DNA of 64,000 nt from Azolla caroliniana (taxonomy: Eukaryota > Plantae > Polypodiophyta). Below the pieces are notes generated by a model, which was given only the letters and a program-made list of their open reading frames with translations, was not told the origin of the DNA and did no database searches. The stretch covers positions 186,001-250,000 of the forward strand of contig JBHGNT010000012.1 of NCBI GenBank assembly GCA_043228905.1. Reading direction: 5' to 3'. Shown here in pieces: positions 12,590 to 26,516 of this stretch; within the stretch, counting starts at the first letter, position 1, and every line of letters starts with the position of its first letter. A program made the translations under genes and the position numbers.

Positions 12590-14460
12590 ATGCCAGCACC
12601 ACACTCATGGATGGCATGGAGAAAGGTTCTTTCCTGCAAGAGAGAATGCACAGTGGCAGTGCATGAGCCACACTCCCTGTCACCTGCGTGCACTACCCAG
12701 AAGAAGAAGAAGAAGAAAAAGAAAAAGAACATTAGTTCAAGCCATGGAACTCTCCATGACGAAGATGAAGAATGCAAGAACGCGAGTAGGAAGAAGGACA
12801 GGAAGGAAAGAAGCAGCCCTGCCTCCTCTGCCTTAAGTACCTCTTCTTGCGGCAGCCTGAAGAATGCGCAGGTCCAATACCCTAATGGAAGCCCTCTCCA
12901 GCTCCGAGCCCTCATTCAAATGCAGGACACCATGATAAGCCATATCCACGATCAGCAGGCTTACGCTCAAAGCCGTGCTCATAGCCAAGGCTATGTCGAT
13001 AGTCATTGTCAAGTTCAATGTTATGGCCACAGTTATAGCCATAGCTATGGCCCTAGCTCCGTGAGGTGTAGGTCAGAGAGAGTAATAAGTTATTCCTCGC
13101 CTTCACTCGCAGGTCACTATGATCTTCTCCTTCAGTGCCCCCCTTCTGAGGATGCCATGCTCTCTGCCCCACACAGTGGCTCTATGATGTACCCACATTC
13201 TGGGATGCTCTGCACTCGCTGTGGCCAAGAGATGGGGTCTCGTTCAGCATTTGAGGATCACCACTTAACTTATCATTCAGGTCGGTTTAATTCACCTATC
13301 TTTCATTCATTCATTCATTCATTCATTCAATTCATGTGTGCGGTGTTGTAAATTCAATTAGCTTTCATATCATAGGCCCATTGATAATGATCAGAGGCCC
13401 ATGGTCTGTGAGGAGTTCTATTTGAGATATAATTAGTATTCCTGCCAAGTATCTATGTCTATTCTACAAGAAAGTTGTATTCCAAAATTACAGGAAAGGG
13501 ATTCAGATGTAATCATAAAAAACTAAGCCATATGGTCAAAGAGCGATATAACTAGTGTTTATGAGATACAACTACTGCTCAAAGAGCGTGCTATGACTAT
13601 ATGTATCTGTGGATTATTGCTAAGGTTTTGGTGCAAATGTATTAATTTATTTGTCTCCAGTAACGGAGCTGAAGGAGGGTGATTCGGCCAGAAATATCGT
13701 GGAGATAATCTTTCAATCAAGCTGGGCAGTTCCAGTGAGGAGACCGGAGATGTCGTCTCCGAGAGCCGCCATCATGTCTTGCAAGCTGGAGAAGATCTTC
13801 AAAGTCCATCACACCTCACAAACAGTGGCCGAGTTCGAGAAGTACAGAGACATGGTGAAGAAGAACAGCAGTTGTGGGAATGGTGGGTCCAATAAGATAT
13901 CCAAAAGGAATTCGAGATGCATGGCAGATGGGAATGAGCTCCTCAGATTCTATGGCACTAGTATTGCATGCAACCTGGGTAGAGCCTGGCCTTCACCTTC
14001 ATCCCCAAGGCTACTGTTGCCTTCCTTCCCTTCCATGCCCTCTATGTCACCATCGGCTTTATGCACATTACCTTCGTGCGGGGTTTGCCATGTATTGAGA
14101 CATGGATTCCCTCAGTTAGGTGGTGGTATCACCACAACCTCAGGCAGTGGAAAAGCACACAATGCTGCTATTGTGTCCCGAGATGCTTCTTCGTCGTCTT
14201 GCTCTTCTTCTTCGTCTTCATACGATGAAGTTGAGTGTTCCAAGCATGCCATGCTTATATGTCGAGTTATTGCAGGCCGAGTGAAGACCTCCTCCTCTAG
14301 TAGCTCTGACAGCATCCAACAGCCACTTGATTTCTCATCCAGTGGATCTTATGACTCCTATGCAGCTGGAGACGCAGGCGAATTCAACCTAGAAGAGCTG
14401 GTTGTCTTCAACAACAAAGCCGTTTTGCCTTGCTTTATTGTTATCTATGATACTTGCTGA
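12590..14460 (+). CDS. Plant C2H2 zinc-finger protein with C-terminal PARP/ADP-ribosylation-like domain; exons 12590-13280 and 13661-14460 (~496 aa)
   Basis: CTRC-x12-HHLTYH finger. A GT-AG intron restores HSVTELKEGDSARNIVEIIFQSSW. Family motifs RCMADGNELLRFYGT, TTSGSGKAH, AMLICRVIAGRV, EELVVFNNKAVLPCFIVIY; poly-Lys putative NLS. Confidence 0.92.
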
Positions 14461-14564
14461 TTGTATATGGTGATGGTGATGGTGATGGTTGGTATTCATC
14501 ACAAGTAAAACCGTCTTGTTTTTGGATTCTTGTGATGGACATCATCCAGATCTCATAAGGGTTT

Positions 14565-14728
14565 TGTTACCTTAATTCTCTCCATACATTCAGAACTTAT
14601 TCTGGAAATTATGAGATCTGTTACCTTAATTCTCTATACAATCAGAACTTATTCTGGAAACTATGAGATCTGTTACCTTAATTCTCTATACATTCAGAAC
14701 TTATTCTGGAAATTATGAGGTCTGTTAA
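14565..14728. repeat. Three tandem 52-54-bp repeats in the probable 3-prime UTR
   Basis: tgttac(c) unit starts at 14565, 14619 and 14671, with a partial unit at 14723. Confidence 0.9.
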
Positions 14729-15851
14729 CGTAAAAGCCATGTGGTTCATTTCTTTTCTTTCTTTCTAAGCTTCGTTTCAGTTCGATTGGGCAGTTTTGAT
14801 CAACGTTGCACAACTTTGGATGGTTCATGTTTGATCAAAGTCGCACAATATACTACTGTTTTTAGCGCTTAAATTAGCGAGACTCACCCACCACATATCG
14901 ATGATTAGTGTTTGATATAAGAATTTTACTGTCATGTATAGATTATTAACGTTCCAAATTTGGTTTTGGGGATCTCGAAGAATATGCCTGAAAAACACTC
15001 GAAGGATATTCTGCAGTAGTAAGTCGCCTTGCCTACAATCTATCAGACCCACGCTTAGCTCTAACATTTCCTACACATATTGTCCCTTAATTTAGCTGCA
15101 ATGAGCCAATTTAGTTTTGGAACTAATTTTGAATTTCCAACGGCTAAATATGTCCACTCACCTGTCACTGCATAATTAAGGGACCAGAAAACAGTTCCCT
15201 TTTTTTGTTGATTTTTTTTTTTTTATCTCCTGCATCTCAATTTGACAGTCCAAAATAAGATTGTCTTGACGCAGACAACTGTCCCGTCATCTCAAAAATA
15301 CTGCTTGGACTCAGACCACTGTCCTTCACTTTAACACAAAAAAGACTGTCCTGGACTCAGCCCTGTCCTTTCCAAAACACAAAAAAGACAACTCAGATTA
15401 CAATCGCTTGTCCCTTAAATACAAAAAGATTGTCTGGAGTCAGGCTACTTTCCTCCCATCTACACTGAAAAGAGTTCTTACTCAGACAACTCACGTGACG
15501 AAAATCTTGTCCATCTAACACACAAAAAACCTTGTCTGGAGTTGGGCCACTATCATTTCCTCAACACAAAAAAAAAACACAGAGTTTTGATTCAGACTAC
15601 TGAGATAGAAACGATTGTTTTGGATTCACGAATCTGGAAAAAACAAATTAACTATTAGTCTCTGCTTTTGTAGCTGTTACAAGGGGGATGGAGGATATAT
15701 ATCTTATAAAAATGTGGGAACTATTACAATAGAAAAGATGAAGCACCACTACAAAACCAGATGCTGTTGGAGTCATAAAGCTGTCATGGTATTCTAACAA
15801 ATCCATAAATAGTGCCACCACATTCCTTGATTTTATGACCTCCTCTAAAGC

Positions 15852-18800
15852 TTAGAATACATCAGCGATTGCTCGGATTTCTTTGATGCGCTTTGAGACT
15901 TCAATTTCCATATGGTGCATCTTCAGTTCGAGTTCATCTAAGAACTTGCATGCTTCATCCCTCCTGTATGCCGATTTTTTTTTCATCAGCATGTGTCTGG
16001 TCGATTTTGGACTCTTGGCTTCTCTGGACAGTAATTTGTCCTCCGATTCATCTACACACCGTTTTATGTGCTTTGGATGATATAAATCCTCAGTCATCAT
16101 GTATCTCGACTGATCTTCAAAATCATTGGGTGAATGTTCTTCGTATAAATCTAAATAAGACATTAACCTTTGCAATGTAACTTCTTGTTGTGATAGCTGA
16201 AACTCAGCCCACGATAATTTCAACTTCAAAATTTCATTCTTGCTTCGTAAACTTTCATTCTCTTCCTGGATAATGTTTCCACACAATCTTTGTGATAGCC
16301 CGATATCCCTGATTTTCAAATCTTTGACGCATCTGCAAGGGCTCTCTGTCTTTGTAGGTTTGAATTCATTTGTCACCTGAGCAAAAAATCCACAAAACAT
16401 TACTGAGTCTGTAACCAAGTTAAGTGATCAATCCAAAAGAAATAAATTAAGACATTTACTTTACCTTCGCTTCATTCAAACTAAGAATCTCAGTAATCCC
16501 ACTCCTTTGTTTGGTGGCTTCCTTGCACATCTCTCTAACAGCGGATGCAATCTCATACTTTTCCACCAGTGTATCTTTGTCTTTCAACATAGCTTGTATC
16601 CGGTTTTCAAGCTCATCTATTTTCTTGCCTTTGTCTATGCAAGAAGATTCTAATGCTGTGATTTTCTGCTCGGCACAATAAAGCTTTTGAATCATTCTAT
16701 TGATTGTATTTTGGAATCCTACCTGCAGAATCATGATGGCTCAGCTATCATTTAAACTTGGTTACTTTCGTTTCCTGATTTCACTTACAGTGAGTACCAC
16801 TAACACAACAATATTTTAAGTATCATTTTATCCTTGTTATATGCGTAAAACATGGCAGGAAAAATATTAAGATGTGATATTCGAAAGACTCTAATAGGCC
16901 ATGGAGAGCACCGAAAGGCACAGAAACATTGAAGATAGAAAAGGCTGTCCTTCAGCTTTCAGAAAAATACCTGAACAAGGACGATAAAAGCTTTGGTTCA
17001 CCCCTACTGTAAATTTTTCAAATACACAGCCTTCTGGCACCCACACCCCCCAATGAGGTGCCAAATAATGAAAGACATTTCACGGGAATTCATGTGCAGC
17101 ACAGGACGACTACAAGGTTTTCCCATCTTATTTATTACCTTAATAAGAACATTAATCAAACTTTAATAGTGAGCAATTCTTGACCCTGATTTGTAAAAGA
17201 AATGTACTACATCCATCCAACTTGTACAGTTTATTTCTCTGTTGCCAATTCATTGTGGTAGTGTAAAATGTGATAATGAGTTAAAAATTTGTCAATCCCT
17301 CATTATCTGAAAATGAAATGGTTTGTAAGTATAACTAGTCACTATGTTTGACATTTGTTTTTGCAAACCATCGATCACAATTTAAGCATGTCAGAAGTAC
17401 AAAATCTGTGTAGAATATACAAGAAAGCACTTACTTTCACCCCATCTATTTGATGGTTCATATTCTTGCTAGGAAAACCTTGATTGCAAGGTTCTTGACA
17501 GATCTCCTTCAGCTTGATAATTGTTTTCTCCAAAATGGAAAGTGCATCTGCACCACATTAATGATAGGACAATGAGCATAGAATCTAGGTACATGTAAGA
17601 GAATAGTTAGTTTATATATTTACCTTCTATTTCCAAATTGCCAATCTGGGATGAATCATTGTTCTGTATGCCATGCAACTTAAATCTATTGCATAGGTTT
17701 TCAGGAGATAGTTGGATGGATGAGAAGCATAAACTGACAATTTCTTGTACCTTAGTAGTTATTGCGGAGCATTCTGATGATAGATCAGATCTAAATGAAG
17801 TGATTCACCCAAAAGAAATAATGCATCATTAGAAATAACCACCATTATGTAAATATAGAATGTGCACAAGATCAAGTTGAGAGCAGACCTATCCAAATCA
17901 GGAAATGCGCAGGAGTCCTCCCCACCATCTCTTCTTCTTGACACTATATCTTCGTGCAAAGCTTGTACAGGTACTGTTGGAACTAAATTTTTTCTCTGAG
18001 CTGAACATTGTGAACCGTTGGGGCTGTTTTCCAACCCACCAACATTATCGACCGAAGTTGCACTGAAAAGCCTACGTTTAATTGTATCTACTTTTGACTG
18101 CTGCTTATCATCATTGTGAAATGTCAGAATTTTTTATTGTGTTAATTTATATATTCCAGCCACATCTTAAACAACACCTCTGAAAAAAATTTGGATATAA
18201 AGCTGCTATATGATAATGGATACCTTATCAACAAATTTATCTGACACGATGCTTTTTTCCTCTTCAAATTCGGATGGCCTTATTCTTCTCAACCTAGCCT
18301 GTTGTTTTTGTATGTCAAGATCCCGCCTATTCAACTCTTCTTTGAGTCTTTTTATTTCAATGTCCTTCTCATCTTCTCTTTCTCCTGCAGTGAAAGTTCT
18401 TCCAAGCTCGACATGTGTCCGATACAGGATGTTTCCAGATTTCTCATCATAAATAGGGGAAACACAAATATATTTGTAGGGCTCAAATTCACCAATACTT
18501 AAGATGTGGTTATCTTTGATCGATCGTACCGCTGCTATTGCTTTCGTGAATTCAGACACTTCTTCCATCAACCCTCCGGCAACCACTTTAAATATTAGTC
18601 CTGAAAGTTTCTCACATAAAAAGTTCACTTATCCATGGCTTTGATGTATCTGTCTATTCAATTTTAGTGTAGGAAATGCAAGTGGAATAAAATTCGATGC
18701 ATTTCTCTGAAGGAAGGATATAAGTGCAAAAGTGAATGCAAGTGGCTCATCATGAAGGTCATACTTTCTTTTATAGATGGCTCAGAATATGAAGCACCCA

Positions 18801-19188
18801 AAATGACTTCAGAAGTGATAAGTTAAGAATGTCAGAAATTCCTTCCCTGTTAAGAATGCATAGGTATGTTTACTAAATGTTTTCCAAGAGATAGTTTGAT
18901 CTGATCCATAAAACTCAATTAGACCAGAAATAGGCTCATTAGCTCGGTGGACAGCCATTACAGTCTTGATGCTATACGACATAGATCTAGGTTTAATTGA
19001 CTCCAATATTCCAGCACGGCCAATAAGGCTTGCCAGAGCTATAATTTTGTGCTCATTTAGGTACCTTGATTATAAAAGAATACAATGACACAATACGACA
19101 TCAATAGAATCTTATCACTCATTTAAGCTAGAAAAGGAAAATTAACACAAGCTACATAACCTATGGAGACGTGCATCATTAGGATTTT
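15852..19188 (-). CDS. Multi-exon coiled-coil protein of unknown family; probable exons 19188-19161, 19064-~18847, 18600-18224, ~18100-17889, 17790-17624, 17547-17435, 16722-16465, 16376-15852
   Basis: Phase-compatible GT-AG junctions link the minus-strand ORFs. E/K/Q-rich heptad segments (EIKRLKEELNRRDLDIQKQQ; KKIDELENRIQAML). Start codon and one donor site unresolved. Confidence 0.7.
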
Positions 19189-20899
19189 CTGTTTCTATGC
19201 AGATTGCATTGGGGGGGGGGACAATCATACACATAATCAAATTGATTGATTTTGCTAGAAAAAGGTAACTCAAATGGCATGCAAAGAGCATCTGTATAGT
19301 TTCATTTCACCTAAGTAGACATGCGTCATTAAGATTTTCACGAAAAGATTGATGGTAAAATGAGGGGTATGGTTTACCTCTATAAGAAAGAAGCCAATTA
19401 TTTTGCCCCGTCAGATTTATGAAGATAATGAAGTGGGCGATGTTAATATGGATAAAATCAAAGAACCGAGATCACAAAATCAATCTGCAAACAAGCTTGG
19501 TTTTGGATCGGATCAAAGAATCCAAATCAAGAGATCTGGGAAACGAGAGTTTGTTTTGTAACAAGCAGCAGAGGAGAACAGAGCAGTCCGATCATCCCTG
19601 CCCACCATGATTTTGTTTCGTTTATTTGCTTTCATGTCCAAACAAGGAAAGCAACGTATCGAGGAAAGTGTCGTCGCAGCAGAGGATGATGCCATGCCCT
19701 CTCCCTATGACCTGATCGCAGTTTAGAAGAATTATATATATATATATATATATGTGCATATATGGGGTTGAATTGACGGAGTCTCATTTCTCTTTCTTTC
19801 TCACCCACGCTCTTTTCTTTTCATCTGCTTTAAAGGTTGAAGGAAGGAAGGAAGGAAGGAAAGATATACATATGGCATGATAACAACCTTTCCAAATTGG
19901 TTGTAAACAGATTCAATGGCCTCCTTTTTTGTTGCTTCTTGTTCAAAGGCATCTATCTATCTCTATCTCTATCTCTATCTCTATCACTATCACTATCACT
20001 CAATGAATGAATGAATGAAAAGCTCCTCCAATCCCCTCCTCTTAATCTCCCAAACAAAGATCAGTGCTTCTCATCTACCCTCTCTTGCTTTCCATATATT
20101 CATTTGATTTGCCTCCATGTATCCATCCTATGATGCTTGCCCCCCATTATTAGATTCGTCCGTTCCTATGTACTTTGTCAATCCGGTACCACAATCGATT
20201 CCACATGTTTCTCTTTTTTCCTTCAACGATTTTCTTCACTAGTATTAAGGAAAAACACCCGAAGGCTACGTCTTGAGCTTGTCTGCCCAGAAGCTTGCTT
20301 AGTGTCCGTCCATACTTTAGTCATTCTCGTCCATCTTATACCCGCGTAATTGATGCACTATCTTGTGTCAAAGACATGTTAGTTTTGTACAAAAATCGCC
20401 ACTTGATTTGTTTCCGTGTCTACACTTTTCCGCCACCGTAATGCTTTCCATGTCTTCATTTTGTCCATGCATGCATGCCCTTATTGTCATGAACAGAAAA
20501 TCGATCTAATATTGGATTTGTCGAGATTTTTTTCTTTGTGACACATTGTTTCTTCACTGAGTGAGTTTCCTTTCACACGTAAATAAATGGGAAATTGAGA
20601 GAAATTACCGTAAACTTTTTAACTCCTTTAATAGAAGCTCCATCTAATGTGTCATGTTTCTCCGTGTTGTAACTATTTTCACATAGAAAAGCTATAAAGC
20701 TAGTCTACATTTTTGTTTTCCTTAGGTTTCTTTCACATGTGATACCTTTTTTTATCGCTTTACATGCTCTTTCCTAAGCGCACTCATAAGCTAAGTTCAA
20801 TGTATAATCAATGCTAATAGTAATCACAACGTGTGCCATTTTGGTAGTATAAACTAACTATGGAATCTATGAATAGTGCATATAAAATTTAAGCCTAAA

Positions 20900-23400
20900 A
20901 GTGGCTTTATGTGGATGACAACCAAAGCTTGGGATGTGGCATCAAAGCATATTATGGAGTGGATTTTAGCTACAAGTATTTATTTCATTCTCCAAAAGAG
21001 AATGATACCTAATATTATCTTTGAAGATTCAAATGACGATGCATGGGAAGAACCAAAGTACTCGGTATCACTTTTGAAGGTATTAGTGTTCTGTCAATAA
21101 TTGCCTATTCTCAATTTTCAATGAACACAAGTTACAACAATAACCTAAACTTTTTGAGGATAGAGTTTAACAATCGAAGTTAAATAAAGCTAGAATTTGA
21201 TTCCTATTCCATGTTATAACTCTACTTCCTCTTTGTTGAAGGGGGGGGGGGGCTTCACACTAAGGGGGAATACATCCTTTTTTTGCTCGACTTTCTTCCA
21301 CAACACTTTATTGAGCGTGTTTGTACATTTGCAAACTTGATTATGTTACAACCACATCTTTGGGAGATGTACAAAGTTATCGAGCCCACATCCAATTTTA
21401 ACATTTGTCGTGTCTAGGGAATCACACATTATGTTCAAATTTAACACCTCATCCAATTCCCCAAAATACAGGCTTCCACATTCTCAATTATTTCTCCCAA
21501 GCTTTTGTAATTAGCTCATGAGCCAATAGAATCAATCATCCATTGATATAGAACACAAATTTAAGAAATTCTTTTAGAAGTGGGTATGGTGGAATTATGG
21601 TACATGCATGAAATTGTCTATACAAGGCAAGCAAATTTCAAGCTCATATATGCTTCCCATTATTATATACTTTCCCATTCTCAATCGCTAAGGTATTGTA
21701 ATTTGGCCATGAGCCAATGGAATAACCACTCACTTGAACAAACAATATTAGGACATTCCTCTAGAAATGGTTATGGCAAATTTGTCGCACATGTAGGATT
21801 TTTTCTCCATAACATTTTTGCATTCTACTCAACCTAAGAATTGAAGTATGGAATAAGATTGAAAGCCATGAAAAAGTGTAAAAAAAGGGACCACCTAAAT
21901 CATATGTCATCTATCATGTAGATTTCCTATCACCAAACTAAAGATTATTGAAGTCCTTAAAGGAACTATTATTATTATGAAAATGTTATGGTGTGTGGAT
22001 GAATCTTTTATCCAAATTTCATTGTATATATGTATATCAACCCAAGAGTGCATAGAAATTAAAACAAAACTTGTCATTATATTTATGTGTGTGGGCTCAT
22101 GTGGACATTCTCCTTTTCTAGCCACTTGGTCTCACAATAGGTTAAACTTTTTTCCTTATCATCTTTAAGTTCAAGTTATGTTTTGAAATCCATTTTAATT
22201 TATAAATAGTAAGTTAGTTCATTGACATGATTCCATGATCATACCTCTTTTCGGTTAATAAGCATTAGTTGAACATATGATTCCATGATGACCATGTAAA
22301 AATTGTTAGGAACTAAGTGGTCAACCATGGTTGTGAAGTTGTGGTACACATAGGATTGAAAGCTACAAAAGAATGAGCCTAAGTAAGGAGGTATGAATAT
22401 AAGGAAGTGGGAGAGAGCAAAGCAAATGGACACAAAGGTATATTGGATGCATGTGATGACCCAAAGGTGGTATCGGGAAATGTTGAATATGAACATGATG
22501 AGGAAGATTGATTTGGTTTGAACATATGCAAATTCATGGTATGTTTCAACTATTGAGGAAATGTTCAATAAAGTCTATCAAAAGAAGGATTCATGGCTAG
22601 CTATTGTCTTACACAAGACGGGTTGGGGAAGGATAATCATCTCCTTTCCATCATTTTGTATTTTGTAGCTGATATGGTTTTTTTAAACTAATGGAAGGAT
22701 ATGTTTTTTAACAAAATCAAATGGACATAATACACACATTTATGAGAATAAGCAATAGAAGCGGATAGAGGTCTATCCACCATTGAAGGCATGTGAACTA
22801 ACAAGTGACAAGGGTGTCCTCATTGTCACATCATCATAGGAGGACCCAATTTAGATAACCCATAAAATAGAAGCCAAGGGAGAGGTTTAAGGTTTGTTGC
22901 ACTATAGTTGGGTTGAGTTTTTTGGCAACGATATTTTGCATTGTAGCTAGGTGAAGTCATGGCTAAAGGGGCAAGGACCCTTGTCGTAACTACGCAAGAA
23001 AACAAAATAACACGAAGAAAATGAGGATAATTTTTTTTCATGAAATCAAGAAACAAGTAGGTAGGAATGAATGAAAGAAGAAAAAGCTAAAGAAAAAGAA
23101 GAAAGCAAGAAAGAAAAAATGAAGATTAAAGACAAGGAAGAAGACAAGAAACAAGAAGGTAGGAAGGAAGAAGAAAAGAAGCTTAGATAGAGCACAAAAA
23201 TTTGAGGACAAATAAAAAGGAGAAAAGAGCAACAAAGTTTATAAGAAAGAAGAAAGATGATGAAACGGGATAGACAAAAAAGAAAAGAAGCATGAAAAGA
23301 ATATGAAGGAGAAGGGAAAAAATGTTTGAGAAGAATTGGGAAAAGAACAAGGAGGCATGTTATGGAGGAGAAAAGAAAGTGTCTATCAAAGTGATTCAAA
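20900..23400 (+). mobile_element. Probable heavily decayed CACTA (En/Spm) transposase region with a K/E-rich low-complexity tail
   Basis: Frameshifted traces resembling Tnp2 motifs (GYGKF ~21770, YWMH ~22441, KEGFMAS ~22582) occur in the expected order. Purine-rich tract at 23040-23380; no termini found. Confidence 0.4.
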
Positions 23401-25828
23401 GGAATAATTTTGAGATGTGTGGGGCGTCAATCCACAATCTTAAGAATGATGTTGGAGATCCTCACAACTTCATCGAGTTCAAATATGGCAATGCGAGTGA
23501 AGGTGTTCCATGTTGCGAAACTTGATGGTGGTTGTCCCAACAGGAGGAATTGCACATGATGTCAATTGTAGACTACACATTAGGCAAGTGAAAAAACCAA
23601 CCCAGTTGAACCTTGAAGATCGAATTTGAATTGTAACAATAATATTGAAATTACACTCAAGTTATAACCTTGGGCATACTTTGGGAGGAGTGCATCAAAG
23701 AGCAAGATTGGAGCTAGATGAGTCACACCCCAACTAGACTCAAACCAAAACCGCTCATGGGAGACCCCAAAAACCCAATACAATAATTCAATAGAAATAC
23801 CCCAATCTGAAGAGTAACAACATCCAAATACTTTGTTAAGAGAGGTATGGTAGATGCAGCACATCGAAACATCTTAAGTTTGTAAGCGTCTAATATTTAG
23901 ATATGTCAATAAATTTTATGCAACACATCAAATCATCTTAAGCTTGGAAGCATCTAAGATTTTTAGACACATCTTTAAATTTTTTATTTTTTATTGACAT
24001 ATACCTTAATGTATAGTAACATTAAGTATATTAATAGACTTAATAGGAAACAATTTTACGTAACTTAATATAGCAATTTTCATACTTTTTGTTCCGTTAC
24101 TAATAAACCAATACACAAACAAGGAAGTTGATGTTAACCTGCCAACAACCGACAGTTGTAGTCGATAGACACCATGGGTCGAACATTCTATAATTGCACC
24201 GTTCTATCAAGATGATTGTGGTTGGAAAGGTGGTGCATGTCAACTATGATATTCCATCACTTAAAACCGTAATAAACAAATAAACTTATTGTAATTAGAG
24301 TACGAACTTGATCGACTACTAGATATAATAAAATATGTATAGTAGAGATTGAACTCGAACATACACTACACTAATCAATATGGAAAATACACAAAATAAT
24401 TATCGACACAGTAGCTAACTCTAACTACCAAAACTTATATTAATCAAAATAGTACGACGATATTACAATGCTCTCGGTTCCTTTTTATAGGTGATCCGAG
24501 AGTCTCTCTTCCAAGATTACACTTGCCTTATTCAACAAGAACTACAACAAAACTGTCCTAACTAACTATATTTTATACTTGGCAAAATACATTGTATTAA
24601 TTTCCGTCCTTTTCATATTCTGATTTTGTCTTTGTTCTTCTGGCCTTCCGATTCCTGTTGACATTGTCGACTCCTATTATTACCGACTCCGACTCTCTTT
24701 CACACTTGTCCGAATCCGACCATTCGACTCTTGGATTTTGGGTAGCCGACCGGCTAACACATGGCACGCTCGTGGGACAATGCCTTGCACGGTCAAACCC
24801 CACCCGTTCCTCTTGGTCGTGGATCTCCTCATTGTCGGTGTCTTCGTCGACGTCATTTGCATCTTCGTTCAGAATGTCGAACAATGCCAACTCTTCTTTT
24901 GCTCGAGCGTTGGCATCGGTTGTATGTTGCTCCTCTTCTAGTCTTCTTGTTGATTCTGCCTCCGCCTCCTCCAGCCCGATGTTGCGCTCAACGTCGCTCA
25001 CTAGTATTGTGTGGCCTGATTTGGCTAGAGAGGGTTGATTGTCATTGTTTGCCCCTAATTCTGTAGTCTACTGCCGACGATCTCTCTCATAAGCGTCTAG
25101 TTGGATGGTAGTGGCTATCTGGTCGTCGTCATAGTCTTCCATGAGGCGTTTAATCTCCTCCCAATGGCTTGTGGCAAGCTCATATAAATCTTTAGCAAGC
25201 TCTTCCTGGAATGTAGTTATGGTTGTTTCGTCCATCTTGAAGAAACTAGCTCCTTGTTGCTTTCTATTTTCCCTGTCGATGCGGAGTACTTGCAATTCAG
25301 CTGCCAGTGCCAACTGTTACGGACACACCAACCGCAAACTCAGGCGGAGGACGGATGATGGGGCTACGAGCGACGAGCTAAGAACTTGGAACTAGAAGTG
25401 GCAAGGCTAGGAACTCTAGAAGTTGTGAGTGATGAGACTATGAACTTAGGAAGCTAGGATTAACTCTAGAGCATGAAGACAAATATGAAGATCAAGGAGA
25501 CAATATGGCATGAAAGGAGAAGACTAGATTGATGTGTCAATGACGGTTTGAATCCCTTCCAACTAAAAGCATCACTCGTCTTCGTCATCGCCCCTTCTTC
25601 TAGAGTTACCATCATCACAATCCTTGCTTCCAGAGTTACAATCATCAACATCCTTGGTTTTAGAGATGCTTCCTCATCATCATTTTCAACACCACTTATT
25701 GTCTTTATCAAACGAATTGATTTTGATCGCTCACCTTTACAACTTTGGTGGGGGTTACAATCGCACACTTTCCTGGTGGGGATCAAATCATTGCTCGTTT
25801 GTACTCCATTTTCATTTCGATTCAAGTT

Positions 25829-26141
25829 TGTTGAGAGAGCAAGCTCAACCCGGATCCGGATCGGCTGAATAAGCTAGAGCTGGATCGGTATCCAGAACGG
25901 AGAACCGGATCGGTGTCCGGATGATATCCGGAACCAAGAGCTGGATCGGATTGAAACCGGTAGGCCGTTAGAGGCCTATGGATCCAGCCTAGGTGACAGT
26001 CGCTCATGTGAGCATTGAAATACTTGTCAGTACTTCTGTATAAAAGTGCTCTCTAAGCACATTCAATGTACAGAGTTATAGAGTGTTTTTTTCTTTAATA
26101 GAGTTTATGTTTTGCTCCCTCTCTCCTGCGTACGCGTACTC

Positions 26142-26174
<33 letters not shown>

Positions 26175-26249
26175 AGTTTTTCCTTCTCATCTTCTGTTGT
26201 TATCCGGCTAAGCCGGTTTGTCGAACACTTCCGGACGTTTACTTTCACA
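25829..26249 (+). mobile_element. Solo LTR (421 bp)
   Basis: TG...CA termini, perfect 5-bp TSD AAGTT and TATA (tataaaa ~26039). Interrupts a ~135-bp tandem repeat. Confidence 0.92.
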
Positions 26250-26516
26250 AAGTTTCACTCCACTTTCCTTTGGCGAGGATCGATTTGATCGCTCACCTTC
26301 CCAGTTCCTGTGGGGGTTACAACCGCTCACTTTCTTGGTGGGGATCGAATCATTGCTCGCTTGCACTCCATTGTCATTTTGGTCTACATTTCACTTCACT
26401 TTCTTTTGACGAGGATCAATTTCAATTGCTCACCTTCTAGTTCCGATGGGGGTCACAATTGGTCACTTTCCTAGTTGGTGAGGATTGAACCTACACCAGA
26501 CCTCACGTCAACAACA

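Noticed and set aside
10982-12915. Many ORFs with MYVC, ERER, LSLS or HTHT runs
   Set aside because: They are translations of microsatellites or antisense shadows of the zinc-finger gene.
23038-23399. Phe/Leu-rich membrane-like minus-strand ORFs
   Set aside because: They are the reverse complement of a purine-rich low-complexity tract.
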